From the IMG/VR virus record IMGVR_UViG_3300020470_000561, positions 1-58,149 of that record: DNA of 58,149 bases; one strand, given 5' to 3'. The first letter of the stretch is position 1, and every line of letters starts with the position of its first letter. The notes under the pieces are model-generated. The model saw only the letters and a program-made list of their open reading frames with translations. It made no database searches and was not told the DNA's origin. The position numbers and the translations under genes are program-made. Positions 1-8,494 of this stretch are shown one piece after another. This DNA comes from a virus (taxonomy: Duplodnaviria; Caudoviricetes).

Positions 1-6
1 TAATAT

Positions 7-138
7 TTAATCCATTAACTTTTCAAAGAATGTTGATATTTCATTTGGTAGATCTTCAATCATACCAGTATCTCTTAGCAGATCATATAGTTTAATTAGT
101 TGATACTGCTCATCAAATGTTATTTCAAATTTATTCAT
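7..138 (-). CDS. small hypothetical protein (43 aa, MNKFEITFDEQ...)
   Basis: Translated by hand (below track cutoff); ATGA overlap with the upstream ORF and GAGGAG upstream. Confidence 0.65.
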   Translation of the reverse strand: MNKFEITFDEQYQLIKLYDLLRDTGMIEDLPNEISTFFEKLMD

Positions 139-263
139 TGGCATAACTCCTCAAATCTTGCTTTAGCAATAGTTTCACATTGCTCTTCACTAAATTGAGG
201 ATATTCTTCACATACTTCTTCAAATAATGTTTCAAGTATGCTCTCGTGATGTAAAACTGACAT
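135..263 (-). CDS. small acidic hypothetical protein (42 aa, MSVLHHESILETLFEEV...)
   Basis: Translated by hand; TAATG coupling to the ORF at 263..457. Confidence 0.7.
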   Translation of the reverse strand: MSVLHHESILETLFEEVCEEYPQFSEEQCETIAKARFEELCQ

Positions 264-457
264 TAGTAAGCAGACCTCCATAATTGTTGAATAGTTTCGA
301 TAGTCTCAGGAATATCTTTATTATATTCTGAGTCATCTTGGTCATCTTTAATATTATTTAAAGATGTAATAATTAGATCCCACTGATCTTCTGAGAAGAA
401 TTCCCAGATCTTGTTTACTTCTTTGTGAGAGTAATCCTTACCATTGATTGTAAACAT
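263..457 (-). CDS. hypothetical protein
   Basis: ORF track; GAGGT RBS; tight packing. Confidence 0.7.
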   Translation of the reverse strand: MFTINGKDYSHKEVNKIWEFFSEDQWDLIITSLNNIKDDQDDSEYNKDIPETIETIQQLWRSAY

Positions 458-459
458 GA

Positions 460-867
460 TTAGTTACCTCTATCGATAACTTTGTCCCAGACTGCTGAAA
501 AGTGGTCGTGGGTTGTGTCACCATCCTCAACAAGTCTTGTGTCAATGTCGAGTGATGCTGCACTGCTGAAGACTTGAGCGATTAGATCGAAATCTTCCTT
601 AGTGAGTTGAGATTGAGTCATTTTAAGGTTTAATTTCTTTGACTCTTCTATTATAGTAGAAAATGACCCATATGGTGACCAAGGTGGACACTTTGGAAAC
701 CGTCTCATTATCTCTGCTTCTACTTGAATGAATAAATCCTCTACATCATCATTCCATAAAATACCCTTAGGTACATTGGTATCACCTCTTTCTTCGTAAG
801 GTTTATAACACCTTTTGAGAGATAATACACCTCTTAAGTATTTTAATTGATTAAGATTTAGATTCAT
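460..867 (-). CDS. hypothetical protein; probable internal start at 621 (MTQSQLTKEDF..., 53 aa)
   Basis: ORF track; a promoter at 650-704 sits inside the ORF just upstream of an in-frame ATG at 619-621. Confidence 0.55.
   Translation of the reverse strand: MNLNLNQLKYLRGVLSLKRCYKPYEERGDTNVPKGILWNDDVEDLFIQVEAEIMRRFPKCPPWSPYGSFSTIIEESKKLNLKMTQSQLTKEDFDLIAQVFSSAASLDIDTRLVEDGDTTHDHFSAVWDKVIDRGN
650..704 (-). promoter_or_regulatory. early-type promoter: imperfect palindrome GACGGTT-N4-AAGTGTCCAC upstream of TATAAT
   Basis: Perfect TATAAT at 650-655; the upstream palindrome recurs at 4079-4096 and 51820-51839. Confidence 0.55.
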
Positions 868-971
868 TTATTATCATCGTCATCATAAACTCCCATGCTT
901 GAGAGTAATAAATTCAACCAAATTATACTAATTACTAATACTAATAACTCGAAAATAGGTGTAGGTATCAT
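864..971 (-). CDS. small membrane protein (35 aa, MIPTPIFELLVLVISIIWLNLLLSSMGVYDDDDNK)
   Basis: Translated by hand; one hydrophobic helix; start/stop overlaps at both ends. Confidence 0.7.
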   Translation of the reverse strand: MIPTPIFELLVLVISIIWLNLLLSSMGVYDDDDNK

Positions 972-1621
972 TATGCTGATGGTACAATATTTGCACTAAG
1001 TGTGATTAACTCGTTTGATGGGTTACTATCATAACCAAATGTAAGATTAGCAGGAAATGTAATAATATCTCCTTCTTTCATACTAAATGTTGCTTCAGTT
1101 AAATTATATGGTGATAACTGATTAGTTTCAACTTGCATTATTGGATAATGATTAGATGATACATTTTTTCTCCATTTAAGTGAACTATGCTTTTCAGGAT
1201 CATAGTTAATTAAATATATTGAATGATAAATGCAGTTACTAACTTCGTGAGGTGCATATATCGCTCCTTCATTTGCAATTTCTAAGTATGATTCATTGAC
1301 TGCTAAGTTACATTTATAGTGCATACTATTTTCATTATGTTGTACAATAGCAGTTTGAAATGCGTCTGCAACTTGTGGTAAATCTAATAATAATTTATTA
1401 CTTTCTCCAACTTGTACCACGTTATGTGTTATTGAAGATCTAACATGTTTCTGTAAAATATCACTAGAATTCATCCACTCAAGTATATCTTTCTTGAGTA
1501 AATCGTGGTTAGGTAATGTAAACTTAGAGATAGGTGTAGGAAATAAACCATATGTTTCATTGGTTATTTTATCTGTTAAACTATCACTTAGTGGATGCTT
1601 AGTTGTTGCTGAATCAGTCAT
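971..1621 (-). CDS. 2OG-Fe(II) oxygenase-fold protein (TIGR02466-like) with degenerate metal ligands
   Basis: LFPTPI start and EGDIITFPA segment match the family, but HxH is HEV and the distal His and Arg are missing. Confidence 0.7.
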   Translation of the reverse strand: MTDSATTKHPLSDSLTDKITNETYGLFPTPISKFTLPNHDLLKKDILEWMNSSDILQKHVRSSITHNVVQVGESNKLLLDLPQVADAFQTAIVQHNENSMHYKCNLAVNESYLEIANEGAIYAPHEVSNCIYHSIYLINYDPEKHSSLKWRKNVSSNHYPIMQVETNQLSPYNLTEATFSMKEGDIITFPANLTFGYDSNPSNELITLSANIVPSA

Positions 1622-2199
1622 TTTAATGTGTTTGGTAGTTGATTAGGTGTCATAACTTTGGTCAATTCATGTATAGGTTTTAGAGGATATACTGCACCTA
1701 AAGTTATTCTATATCCCTCAGTTGGTGCTTCTCCACGATGCCAAATACTGCTATTAAATATAACCATTCGACCACGTTTAAAGGATACTCGTTGTATATC
1801 TTCATCCCTACTATTAACTATAACTGTATCACCAGAAGTTCCACTCGCCATGTATATAATAGTTAGGTATTCTTCATAATCACTATCACAATGATTGCAT
1901 CCATTTTGTCCTGGTAATTGACCATTTAACAAAACTCGATGACAATTAGTGAGATTATATTCCTTACAAATATCATTATAAACGCAAAGATTGAAGTAGT
2001 CAAGGAACCACCAAGGTGGAAATCTCTCCATCCAGTTGTTATCAACCATGAGCAAATTACCAAAGAATCTTGCTTTATCAAAATCCATATATGGTGAGTT
2101 AGTATAAGTTACTGGCATATTTACGCAGTCTAAACTAACACGATCTACCATCCAATCTGGAAAATAATTATCAACAATTCGTACCTTATCTGCCAACAT
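1618..2199 (-). CDS. 2OG-Fe(II) oxygenase (prolyl-4-hydroxylase-like)
   Basis: HCD ... GDT ... GRMVIFNSSIWHRG ... R motifs. Confidence 0.85.
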   Translation of the reverse strand: MLADKVRIVDNYFPDWMVDRVSLDCVNMPVTYTNSPYMDFDKARFFGNLLMVDNNWMERFPPWWFLDYFNLCVYNDICKEYNLTNCHRVLLNGQLPGQNGCNHCDSDYEEYLTIIYMASGTSGDTVIVNSRDEDIQRVSFKRGRMVIFNSSIWHRGEAPTEGYRITLGAVYPLKPIHELTKVMTPNQLPNTLK

Positions 2200-2368
2200 T
2201 GTTCTTTGCTTTTAATAATATTTGCTTTAATTCTTCACTCGCATTGATGCGTTCACTGATTGCGTCCTTTAATTCATCACCATTCAATTCAGTATCGCTC
2301 ATCTTAGCAGTGATCTCCATTAATTTATTTAATGCCTCGGTTGCTCTCTGTCCTTCATTCATTAGCAT
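2186..2368 (-). CDS. hypothetical protein
   Basis: ORF track; overlaps both neighbours; GGAG RBS. Confidence 0.6.
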   Translation of the reverse strand: MLMNEGQRATEALNKLMEITAKMSDTELNGDELKDAISERINASEELKQILLKAKNNVGR

Positions 2369-2573
2369 CTCCTGTTAGTTCTTTATACTCCCAGTTATCA
2401 TCTTCTGGATAGTCTACCCAAAACCAATATTCAGGATCATCTAGTGCTGAGAAGAACCATCTATCCTTCCTCTTATGCTCTAGTCGTACAATATTCTTTG
2501 AGTTTAAATATTTAACAAACTTTTGTCGAGCATTATCACTCTTTGGTTTTACATATACTTTAGATCTAAGCAT
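2355..2573 (-). CDS. hypothetical protein
   Basis: ORF track; overlaps both neighbours. Confidence 0.65.
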   Translation of the reverse strand: MLRSKVYVKPKSDNARQKFVKYLNSKNIVRLEHKRKDRWFFSALDDPEYWFWVDYPEDDNWEYKELTGDANE

Positions 2574-3405
2574 CAGTTAACCTCGTAACTAAATTATCCT
2601 GGTATGGTTTAACTCTTTCAACACACATATTATAATACTCATCATCAATCTCAAAACCAATAAAATTTCTGAGCATTTCTAGGCAAATTTGGGCAGATGT
2701 GCCACTGCCCATAAAGGGATCTAGTATCAGGTCACCCTCGTTGCTCCATGTATGTATGTGTCCTCGTGCTAACTCCTCTGGCATGGTAGCAGGATGTTTG
2801 TACGATGTCTTACTTGACTGTCCAAACCCACCACTATTCTTTATCTTCCAGATGTTAGTCCTTACACCCCACTCCTTAATCTCTTTACTCTTCTTACCAG
2901 GATCATGTATTGATCCATCCTTCTTTCTAGTTTGTGCATTGCCCCATGACTGATGACCTGCCCACTTATTCTTTTTATCACATAATAAATTAACTGTCTT
3001 GGGTTTACCCTTAGATAATATAAAACAATACTCAAACTGTTGAGTATATCTTACTGAGTTAACACCACTAGCAAATGCTGTACCTGTCTTCTCATATATC
3101 ATAGTATCATGTAGTCTTAAACCTAACTCCATGAAATGTAATGCCTGTCGAAATGATGATCCAGACTCACTCCCCTTAATGGTAGCATCATTTACATTCC
3201 ACATGATGACACCACCAGGTTTTAATACTCTATTTAATTGTGCTGCTACACTATAAAATACATTGATATCCCATTTAGTATTATCATTATATGTACGTAA
3301 GTCATCGTATGGTGGTGATGTTACCACCAAATCAATGCACTCATCATCTAACTGCTGCATACCTGCAATGCAATTAACATGATAAGTTTTATTTACCTCT
3401 AGCAT
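2566..3405 (-). CDS. DNA amino-methyltransferase (N4-cytosine/N6-adenine, beta class)
   Basis: Catalytic TSPPY near the N-terminus, HPA, and SAM-binding DPFMGSGT near the C-terminus. Confidence 0.92.
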   Translation of the reverse strand: MLEVNKTYHVNCIAGMQQLDDECIDLVVTSPPYDDLRTYNDNTKWDINVFYSVAAQLNRVLKPGGVIMWNVNDATIKGSESGSSFRQALHFMELGLRLHDTMIYEKTGTAFASGVNSVRYTQQFEYCFILSKGKPKTVNLLCDKKNKWAGHQSWGNAQTRKKDGSIHDPGKKSKEIKEWGVRTNIWKIKNSGGFGQSSKTSYKHPATMPEELARGHIHTWSNEGDLILDPFMGSGTSAQICLEMLRNFIGFEIDDEYYNMCVERVKPYQDNLVTRLTDA

Positions 3406-4016
3406 ACAGTCTCTTTAACAAACTTCACCCAAGTTTTATTAGGTTTAATACTACCACTATACACCACTATGTCATTATAGTCAATGTCTGTCTTACATTT
3501 GAGAGCACTGAAGTTAGAGGATCCAGACTGATCGTTATACTCTGTCCACTTCCTTGCACTACCATCAATAGTAACTGTCTGCCACTCTGTGATTCTATCC
3601 TTAACAATAGTATATCTGAATACTAATGTTACCTCACATTTACTATCAAGTACTTTCAAGTTACCAATACATGCTGTGCTGCCATCCTTACCACCTGAGC
3701 ATTTAACTTCTAATGGTATAGTTTGACCATTGCCAACATATTTGTAATCCATACCCTTACCAATACCTTCCTTAGTAATTGGTAGATCCTTAATAATATG
3801 TGTGATGCAGTTGTTGATAGCATTCTGAATGATCTTAGTTGCTGCTTGTGTCTGCTGCTTACTGTCATTCTCACTATCTCCTACTAACTGCTCCCATGTA
3901 GTATGCTCACAATATGGTGCAGTAATGAAATGCTTGATGCACTCATTAATCATTGCAGGTAATTCTCTGTCAATTACTTGGATGCACTCTTCAAGTGTTT
4001 TGTCTCTTAGTTTCAT
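3399..4016 (-). CDS. putative PD-(D/E)xK endonuclease (restriction enzyme-like)
   Basis: GMDY...LEVK motif; lies between two MTases and overlaps the downstream one. Confidence 0.55.
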   Translation of the reverse strand: MKLRDKTLEECIQVIDRELPAMINECIKHFITAPYCEHTTWEQLVGDSENDSKQQTQAATKIIQNAINNCITHIIKDLPITKEGIGKGMDYKYVGNGQTIPLEVKCSGGKDGSTACIGNLKVLDSKCEVTLVFRYTIVKDRITEWQTVTIDGSARKWTEYNDQSGSSNFSALKCKTDIDYNDIVVYSGSIKPNKTWVKFVKETVC

Positions 4017-4039
4017 TGATCTTGGAATTCTATAGTACC

Positions 4040-4096
4040 ATTATAACTCAATCTGAGTCATCTGTATCAGCGACTCCACCAGTTCCTAAACTGGCA
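4040..4096 (-). promoter_or_regulatory. promoter for the nuclease/MTase pair: TGCCAGTT-N4-AACTGG palindrome upstream of TATAAT
   Basis: TATAAT at 4040-4045, 24 nt before the ATG; palindrome at 4079-4096 with about the same spacing as at 650-704. Confidence 0.55.
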
Positions 4097-4995
4097 TATA
4101 ATCCTAGTCTCTTATCTATTAAATTAGAATAGTCCTCATGCAATTCACATCCTATATAATTTCTTCCTAACTCTTTAGCAACCATCGCAGTAGTACCTGA
4201 TCCCATAAAAGGATCTAATACTATATCACCTCTCTGACTACCTGCAAGAATACATGGTACAATTAACTCTCTAGGATATGTAGCAAAGTGTGCACCTTTA
4301 TAAGGTTTCTTGTTTACCGACCAAACAGACCGTTTATTCCTCTTATCGTAGGATTTGGTAAGACCACTATGAGGTGATAGACCAGTGCCAGGATTGTGAT
4401 ACTTACCATTGCTGCGATCTCTTGTTCCCCAATCTTTTGCTGGTTCTTTGATTGCTTCATTGTCATAATAATAGTTTTTATTCTTACTCATTAAAAAGAT
4501 ATACTCATGTGCTTTAGTACATCTATCCTTGACACTTTCAGGCATTGGGTTAGGTTTGTGCCATATAATATCCTGCCTTAAATACCATCCATCTGCTCTC
4601 AATGCAAATGCTAACATCCATGGTATACCTATTAAATCTTTACTCTTTAATCCTTCTAGTTTATTACCTCTAACAGGTGTATTCATAGGTAGATCTTGTC
4701 TAGTCTTTGATACTGTCTGCTGTGGATAATTACCATCAGATCTATAATTATAATATGAGTCACCAATATTCAACCACAATGTACCATCATCAGTTAATAC
4801 ATCTCTAACATATCTAAATGTCTTAACTAACTCTTGTACATATTCTTCTGGTGATTGCTCCTGACCTATTTGACTATCCTCTCCACCATAATCTCTTAGA
4901 CCATAATAAGGTGGAGATGTAACACACATTCTTGCTTTAGATGTGATAGTGGGGAGAGTCTTGCGACAATCCCCAAATAAAATAGTATCCTTCAT
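4048..4995 (-). CDS. DNA amino-methyltransferase (beta class, probably N4-cytosine)
   Basis: TSPPY, DIIWHKPNPMPES, HFATYP and DPFMGSGTT motifs. Confidence 0.93.
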   Translation of the reverse strand: MKDTILFGDCRKTLPTITSKARMCVTSPPYYGLRDYGGEDSQIGQEQSPEEYVQELVKTFRYVRDVLTDDGTLWLNIGDSYYNYRSDGNYPQQTVSKTRQDLPMNTPVRGNKLEGLKSKDLIGIPWMLAFALRADGWYLRQDIIWHKPNPMPESVKDRCTKAHEYIFLMSKNKNYYYDNEAIKEPAKDWGTRDRSNGKYHNPGTGLSPHSGLTKSYDKRNKRSVWSVNKKPYKGAHFATYPRELIVPCILAGSQRGDIVLDPFMGSGTTAMVAKELGRNYIGCELHEDYSNLIDKRLGLYASLGTGGVADTDDSD

Positions 4996-6014
4996 TTAGT
5001 AATTCGTGCCCATTGTTCTGCATCTGGATGTGCAAATGCAGGATTTACTTTCTCTGCAATTTGCAGAGTTTGCTTACCTAGTGTAGGTGCACCAGACCCA
5101 TGTAAGTTGGTCATAATGTCATTGTACTTATCAATAACACGATATAATACCCAACGTGGTGAACCATAATTACCATGATTCTTTACAAGTTTTGCCTGTG
5201 AATAATGCTCCCTTAACTTAGTCTGCACAAATGTCTTGAATGACTCTTGCTTACCATTGGTAAGTGCTGTGTCTATAAACTTTTTAATGAATAAGATACA
5301 ACGGAATGCATTAGACTGTACTGACTTATCCTTACCATATATCTCATTATAAAATACATATCCTTCCTTTATCTCCTTAATACCAGCATAATCACAACTA
5401 TAATCACATTGTAATGTCTGGATGAAGTGAGAGAAGTTCTTAACTTCCTTAGCATCCTTCTCAAGAGATCCAAATCTATCTGATACTAGATTTAACTCAA
5501 GCATTACATTCTCTACATGTATTGCAAATGGATCACCAAATACTAATTGAGATCTTAACTCATCTAGTTTAGTTAATGCTTTACGATACTTGTTAAGTGA
5601 ATAGTATAATCTTGCTTCTGCCTCTTCCACCTCTTGTACTGTAGCATCATTATCATGCGTTAGTACTTTTACATTTAATGGAAACTGTTTAGGATCAATA
5701 CCTGAGTTTACATATAATTGTAAATGATGATGACCATCAATAACAGTATATGGTGTACCAGATATAATAGATTCTACGTTACTCCTATCTGATAGTATTA
5801 CATCTAGGCATAATCCTAGATCTAATTGACCCATACCTATTAAATTGTGCTCACTTAACTGTCTCTGAATCTTAACCACTAAACCTAGATCATCTAAGAT
5901 CTTCTGCATATCATCCAACTGTCTGGACTCTAGGGGTTTACCCTTCCATCCTGTTGGATAACTCTTCTTTAGTTCACAGTTCAACTGTCGAACTGTCTTG
6001 ATGCCTGTTGACAT
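4992..6014 (-). CDS. ParB/DGQHR-like domain protein
   Basis: VIDGHHH motif followed by EAEARLYYSLNKYRKAL; ATGA-coupled to the MTase. Confidence 0.6.
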   Translation of the reverse strand: MSTGIKTVRQLNCELKKSYPTGWKGKPLESRQLDDMQKILDDLGLVVKIQRQLSEHNLIGMGQLDLGLCLDVILSDRSNVESIISGTPYTVIDGHHHLQLYVNSGIDPKQFPLNVKVLTHDNDATVQEVEEAEARLYYSLNKYRKALTKLDELRSQLVFGDPFAIHVENVMLELNLVSDRFGSLEKDAKEVKNFSHFIQTLQCDYSCDYAGIKEIKEGYVFYNEIYGKDKSVQSNAFRCILFIKKFIDTALTNGKQESFKTFVQTKLREHYSQAKLVKNHGNYGSPRWVLYRVIDKYNDIMTNLHGSGAPTLGKQTLQIAEKVNPAFAHPDAEQWARITK

Positions 6015-6021
6015 AGTATAT

Positions 6022-6072
6022 CCACCCTAACTGGTGGTCTGAAAAAATATGAGCATCTTAACTGATGCCCAT
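6022..6072 (-). promoter_or_regulatory. twin RNA hairpins with matching AGUUA(A/G) loops; the first is followed by AUUUUUU (terminator/attenuator-like)
   Basis: ATGGGCATC-AGTTAA-GATGCTCAT (6049-6072) and CCACC-AGTTAG-GGTGG (6022-6037). Confidence 0.6.
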
Positions 6073-6079
6073 GTAAATT

Positions 6080-6108
6080 ACTATACCACTGCTGTCAACC
6101 CCTGTCAA
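6080..6108 (-). promoter_or_regulatory. sigma70-type promoter TTGACA-N17-TATAGT
   Basis: Consensus -35, 17-nt spacer, extended -10 TG. Confidence 0.75.
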
Positions 6109-6377
6109 CCCCCTTTCTTAGGATACGTTATATCATACTCAATCACGATCTTCTTAGACTGTCTACCTACTGAGTTACTGGTACAATACTGTGTCCACTC
6201 ACCCTTCAACAATGCTTCCATCGTATTCTTATCTAATCCACATAAATTTACAGCATTATCAACTGCTGCTCTAACAGACTCCAAACCATCAGGATATACT
6301 CGTTTAGCAAATCCATTAAGGTCAGTCTTCTTGGCATCCTCTAATGCCTTATCAATGTCAATATGAAATTCACTCAT
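6105..6377 (-). CDS. hypothetical protein
   Basis: ORF track; ATGA coupling. Confidence 0.7.
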   Translation of the reverse strand: MSEFHIDIDKALEDAKKTDLNGFAKRVYPDGLESVRAAVDNAVNLCGLDKNTMEALLKGEWTQYCTSNSVGRQSKKIVIEYDITYPKKGG

Positions 6378-6553
6378 TGCTTCGTTGTATTGCTACGAGT
6401 ACGGTTAATAATGCTAATAAATTTGTCGCCAGCAAAATGTCCACCAAGACACACATCGATCTCATCCCCATCTTTCCAATTAGTCTCACCATTCATCTTA
6501 GTATGTTGCATTAATACTGCAATCTTATCTATGACCTCTTGTGTTAATCTCAT
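6374..6553 (-). CDS. hypothetical protein (59 aa, MRLTQEVIDKI...)
   Basis: Track ORF trimmed to the ATG that overlaps the upstream stop (ATGA). Confidence 0.7.
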   Translation of the reverse strand: MRLTQEVIDKIAVLMQHTKMNGETNWKDGDEIDVCLGGHFAGDKFISIINRTRSNTTKQ

Positions 6554-6672
6554 TGTAAATAATCCACTATTTTGAGTATACCATATGCTGTGAATACCTG
6601 TGGTATAATAAATGCCACCATCGCAATCACCCAAAACACATAGTAGTAGTTTTCTTTATTTTGTGTTCTCAT
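6550..6672 (-). CDS. small membrane protein (40 aa, MRTQNKENYYYVFWVIAMVAFIIPQV...)
   Basis: Translated by hand; ATGA overlaps at both ends; hydrophobic helix. Confidence 0.75.
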   Translation of the reverse strand: MRTQNKENYYYVFWVIAMVAFIIPQVFTAYGILKIVDYLQ

Positions 6673-7007
6673 GATGACTTACCTGTGATATCATTTGGTA
6701 GATCTTCATTTCCTGGATGATCGTTTATCTTACCTTTATATGCTTTATGATTATAGAAATGCTCATCCTCTATTTCCATATCATCCCACTCATGTGGATA
6801 TACTAAGACGTTAGTTTCTTTATATCCGTGCATACTGTTAGGATCTTCCCTGCGATTCATACTAACAGTAATATATTGGTCACCAATAAAATTAATATGT
6901 CCTTCTTCACCACTCTTAAGTCTAACCTTCATACCTCTTTCAAGAGATTTAAGAATGTTTCTAACTTCCAATGGAATTGCCTCCGCTAAGAATATAGGAA
7001 TAGTCAT
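6669..7007 (-). CDS. hypothetical protein
   Basis: ORF track; overlaps both neighbours. Confidence 0.7.
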   Translation of the reverse strand: MTIPIFLAEAIPLEVRNILKSLERGMKVRLKSGEEGHINFIGDQYITVSMNRREDPNSMHGYKETNVLVYPHEWDDMEIEDEHFYNHKAYKGKINDHPGNEDLPNDITGKSS

Positions 7008-7627
7008 AATGTTAAAGCACTATCATCGTATCCAAATGCTCCTTTCATAAAGTAATTGAATGCCATAGAATAACGCTCTTCATCACTTTCATTAACACTT
7101 ATACTATGTGCTAAGTGTGATGGAAATAATATAATCATACCTTCACATGGTTCAATGCTAACCTCACGCATATTGTATACGTTAGATGTTGCTATGTCAG
7201 GTACAATAGTTTGTGTTACATATGTTGGGAACATTGACCCAACATGAAATCTTAACTCTCCACTATTAGGTGGTACTTTAAAATAGAGACAACCACTAAA
7301 CATACTATTTGTATGTGAGTGACCGTCTCCTTTATCTCCTTTGACATGCTTATTAACCCATGATGATTGATGAATTAATTGATGTCTTTGTCTGCTAATA
7401 CCTAGAATATTATATACATAATGATCCAGATATTCTTCTACTAAATTTCTTATCTCTGGTTGATCTTGCAACCATTGTGTACTACTCTGTCCACCATTAT
7501 TCTGTATTACATCTGCTGCTACATACTCACATTTTGTATTAATGACACTTTGCACCATTGAATCATCAAGGTTCATTGTATCAATATAAACTGGTTGCGA
7601 AAATAGAGGTAGTACTTCTCCGTTCAT
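7004..7627 (-). CDS. 2OG-Fe(II) oxygenase (TIGR02466-like)
   Basis: LFSQPV, SWVN, HSH, SGCLY, FPSHLAH, RYSMAFN. Confidence 0.88.
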   Translation of the reverse strand: MNGEVLPLFSQPVYIDTMNLDDSMVQSVINTKCEYVAADVIQNNGGQSSTQWLQDQPEIRNLVEEYLDHYVYNILGISRQRHQLIHQSSWVNKHVKGDKGDGHSHTNSMFSGCLYFKVPPNSGELRFHVGSMFPTYVTQTIVPDIATSNVYNMREVSIEPCEGMIILFPSHLAHSISVNESDEERYSMAFNYFMKGAFGYDDSALTL

Positions 7628-7797
7628 CTTAGATGTAATTTATCATAGATTGATTCAATTTCACTGCGTTGTTCTTTAGTAACACCGCCAAACTTCTTGT
7701 ACAATTGTCCTTGATAAATGAAAAGTGCTTTCCTTAATGTTTTCATTTCGGACGGAATTAATAACTGCCTAAAGCACCTAGGGTCTGATTCTTGCAT
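7624..7797 (-). CDS. hypothetical protein (57 aa, MQESDPRCFRQLL...)
   Basis: Translated by hand; fills the gap and is ATGA-coupled to the downstream gene. Confidence 0.6.
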   Translation of the reverse strand: MQESDPRCFRQLLIPSEMKTLRKALFIYQGQLYKKFGGVTKEQRSEIESIYDKLHLR

Positions 7798-8494
7798 TGG
7801 TCATAATTTGTTCTACTGTTGATGGGTTGAAACCTAGTATACCATGGTCGTTAACTGGTGGCAAGTTATTCATCTCGTGATCGTCAAATAACTTCTGCCT
7901 TGTCTTGGGATCCATATATTTGAATGCCATGATGTATCGGTTACTCTTGTACCGTGGGGTTGGTGGTCTACCTGAATGAGGTATGCGACCATCAAAAATT
8001 ACTACACGACCTGGTTTAGGACTCACAATATATTTAGCGTCTAGGTTGTGATCGTAGAATATAGTCTCTCCACCCCAGTTAGGATGCCACTCTGGGTTCA
8101 AATATAATAATACTGTCTGATTATCCTCTACAAAATATGGTGAATCTACATGCACACCAGGCATATCACCATCCTTAAGTACATTAACGTATGCACTATA
8201 TAAATTCTCTCTTTTGGGCATTTTTGGGCAAACTGCTTCCAAATAACCAAGGATATCTAAGTATATTGGATCCTCACTTGCTTGTAGTCCTGGATTCTGA
8301 AAGTAATTAGGATTAGATACTGGACAAAAATTATATAATTGATGTGTCCAATACATACCTGCCATATCTACATCAGGTTTCTTCTCTGTTGGTGGATCAT
8401 CAGTACGAGTAAACTTATAAGGTAGATACATTACCTTATAGAATAACTCCTCATTAGACATGCCAGTATCATATGTTTCAAGAAGCATACTCAT
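7778..8494 (-). CDS. 2OG-Fe(II) oxygenase (prolyl-4-hydroxylase-like)
   Basis: HVD, YLNPEWHPNWGGET, PKPGRVVIFDGRIPH, R; start is 8494 or 8488. Confidence 0.9.
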   Translation of the reverse strand: MSMLLETYDTGMSNEELFYKVMYLPYKFTRTDDPPTEKKPDVDMAGMYWTHQLYNFCPVSNPNYFQNPGLQASEDPIYLDILGYLEAVCPKMPKRENLYSAYVNVLKDGDMPGVHVDSPYFVEDNQTVLLYLNPEWHPNWGGETIFYDHNLDAKYIVSPKPGRVVIFDGRIPHSGRPPTPRYKSNRYIMAFKYMDPKTRQKLFDDHEMNNLPPVNDHGILGFNPSTVEQIMTNARIRP

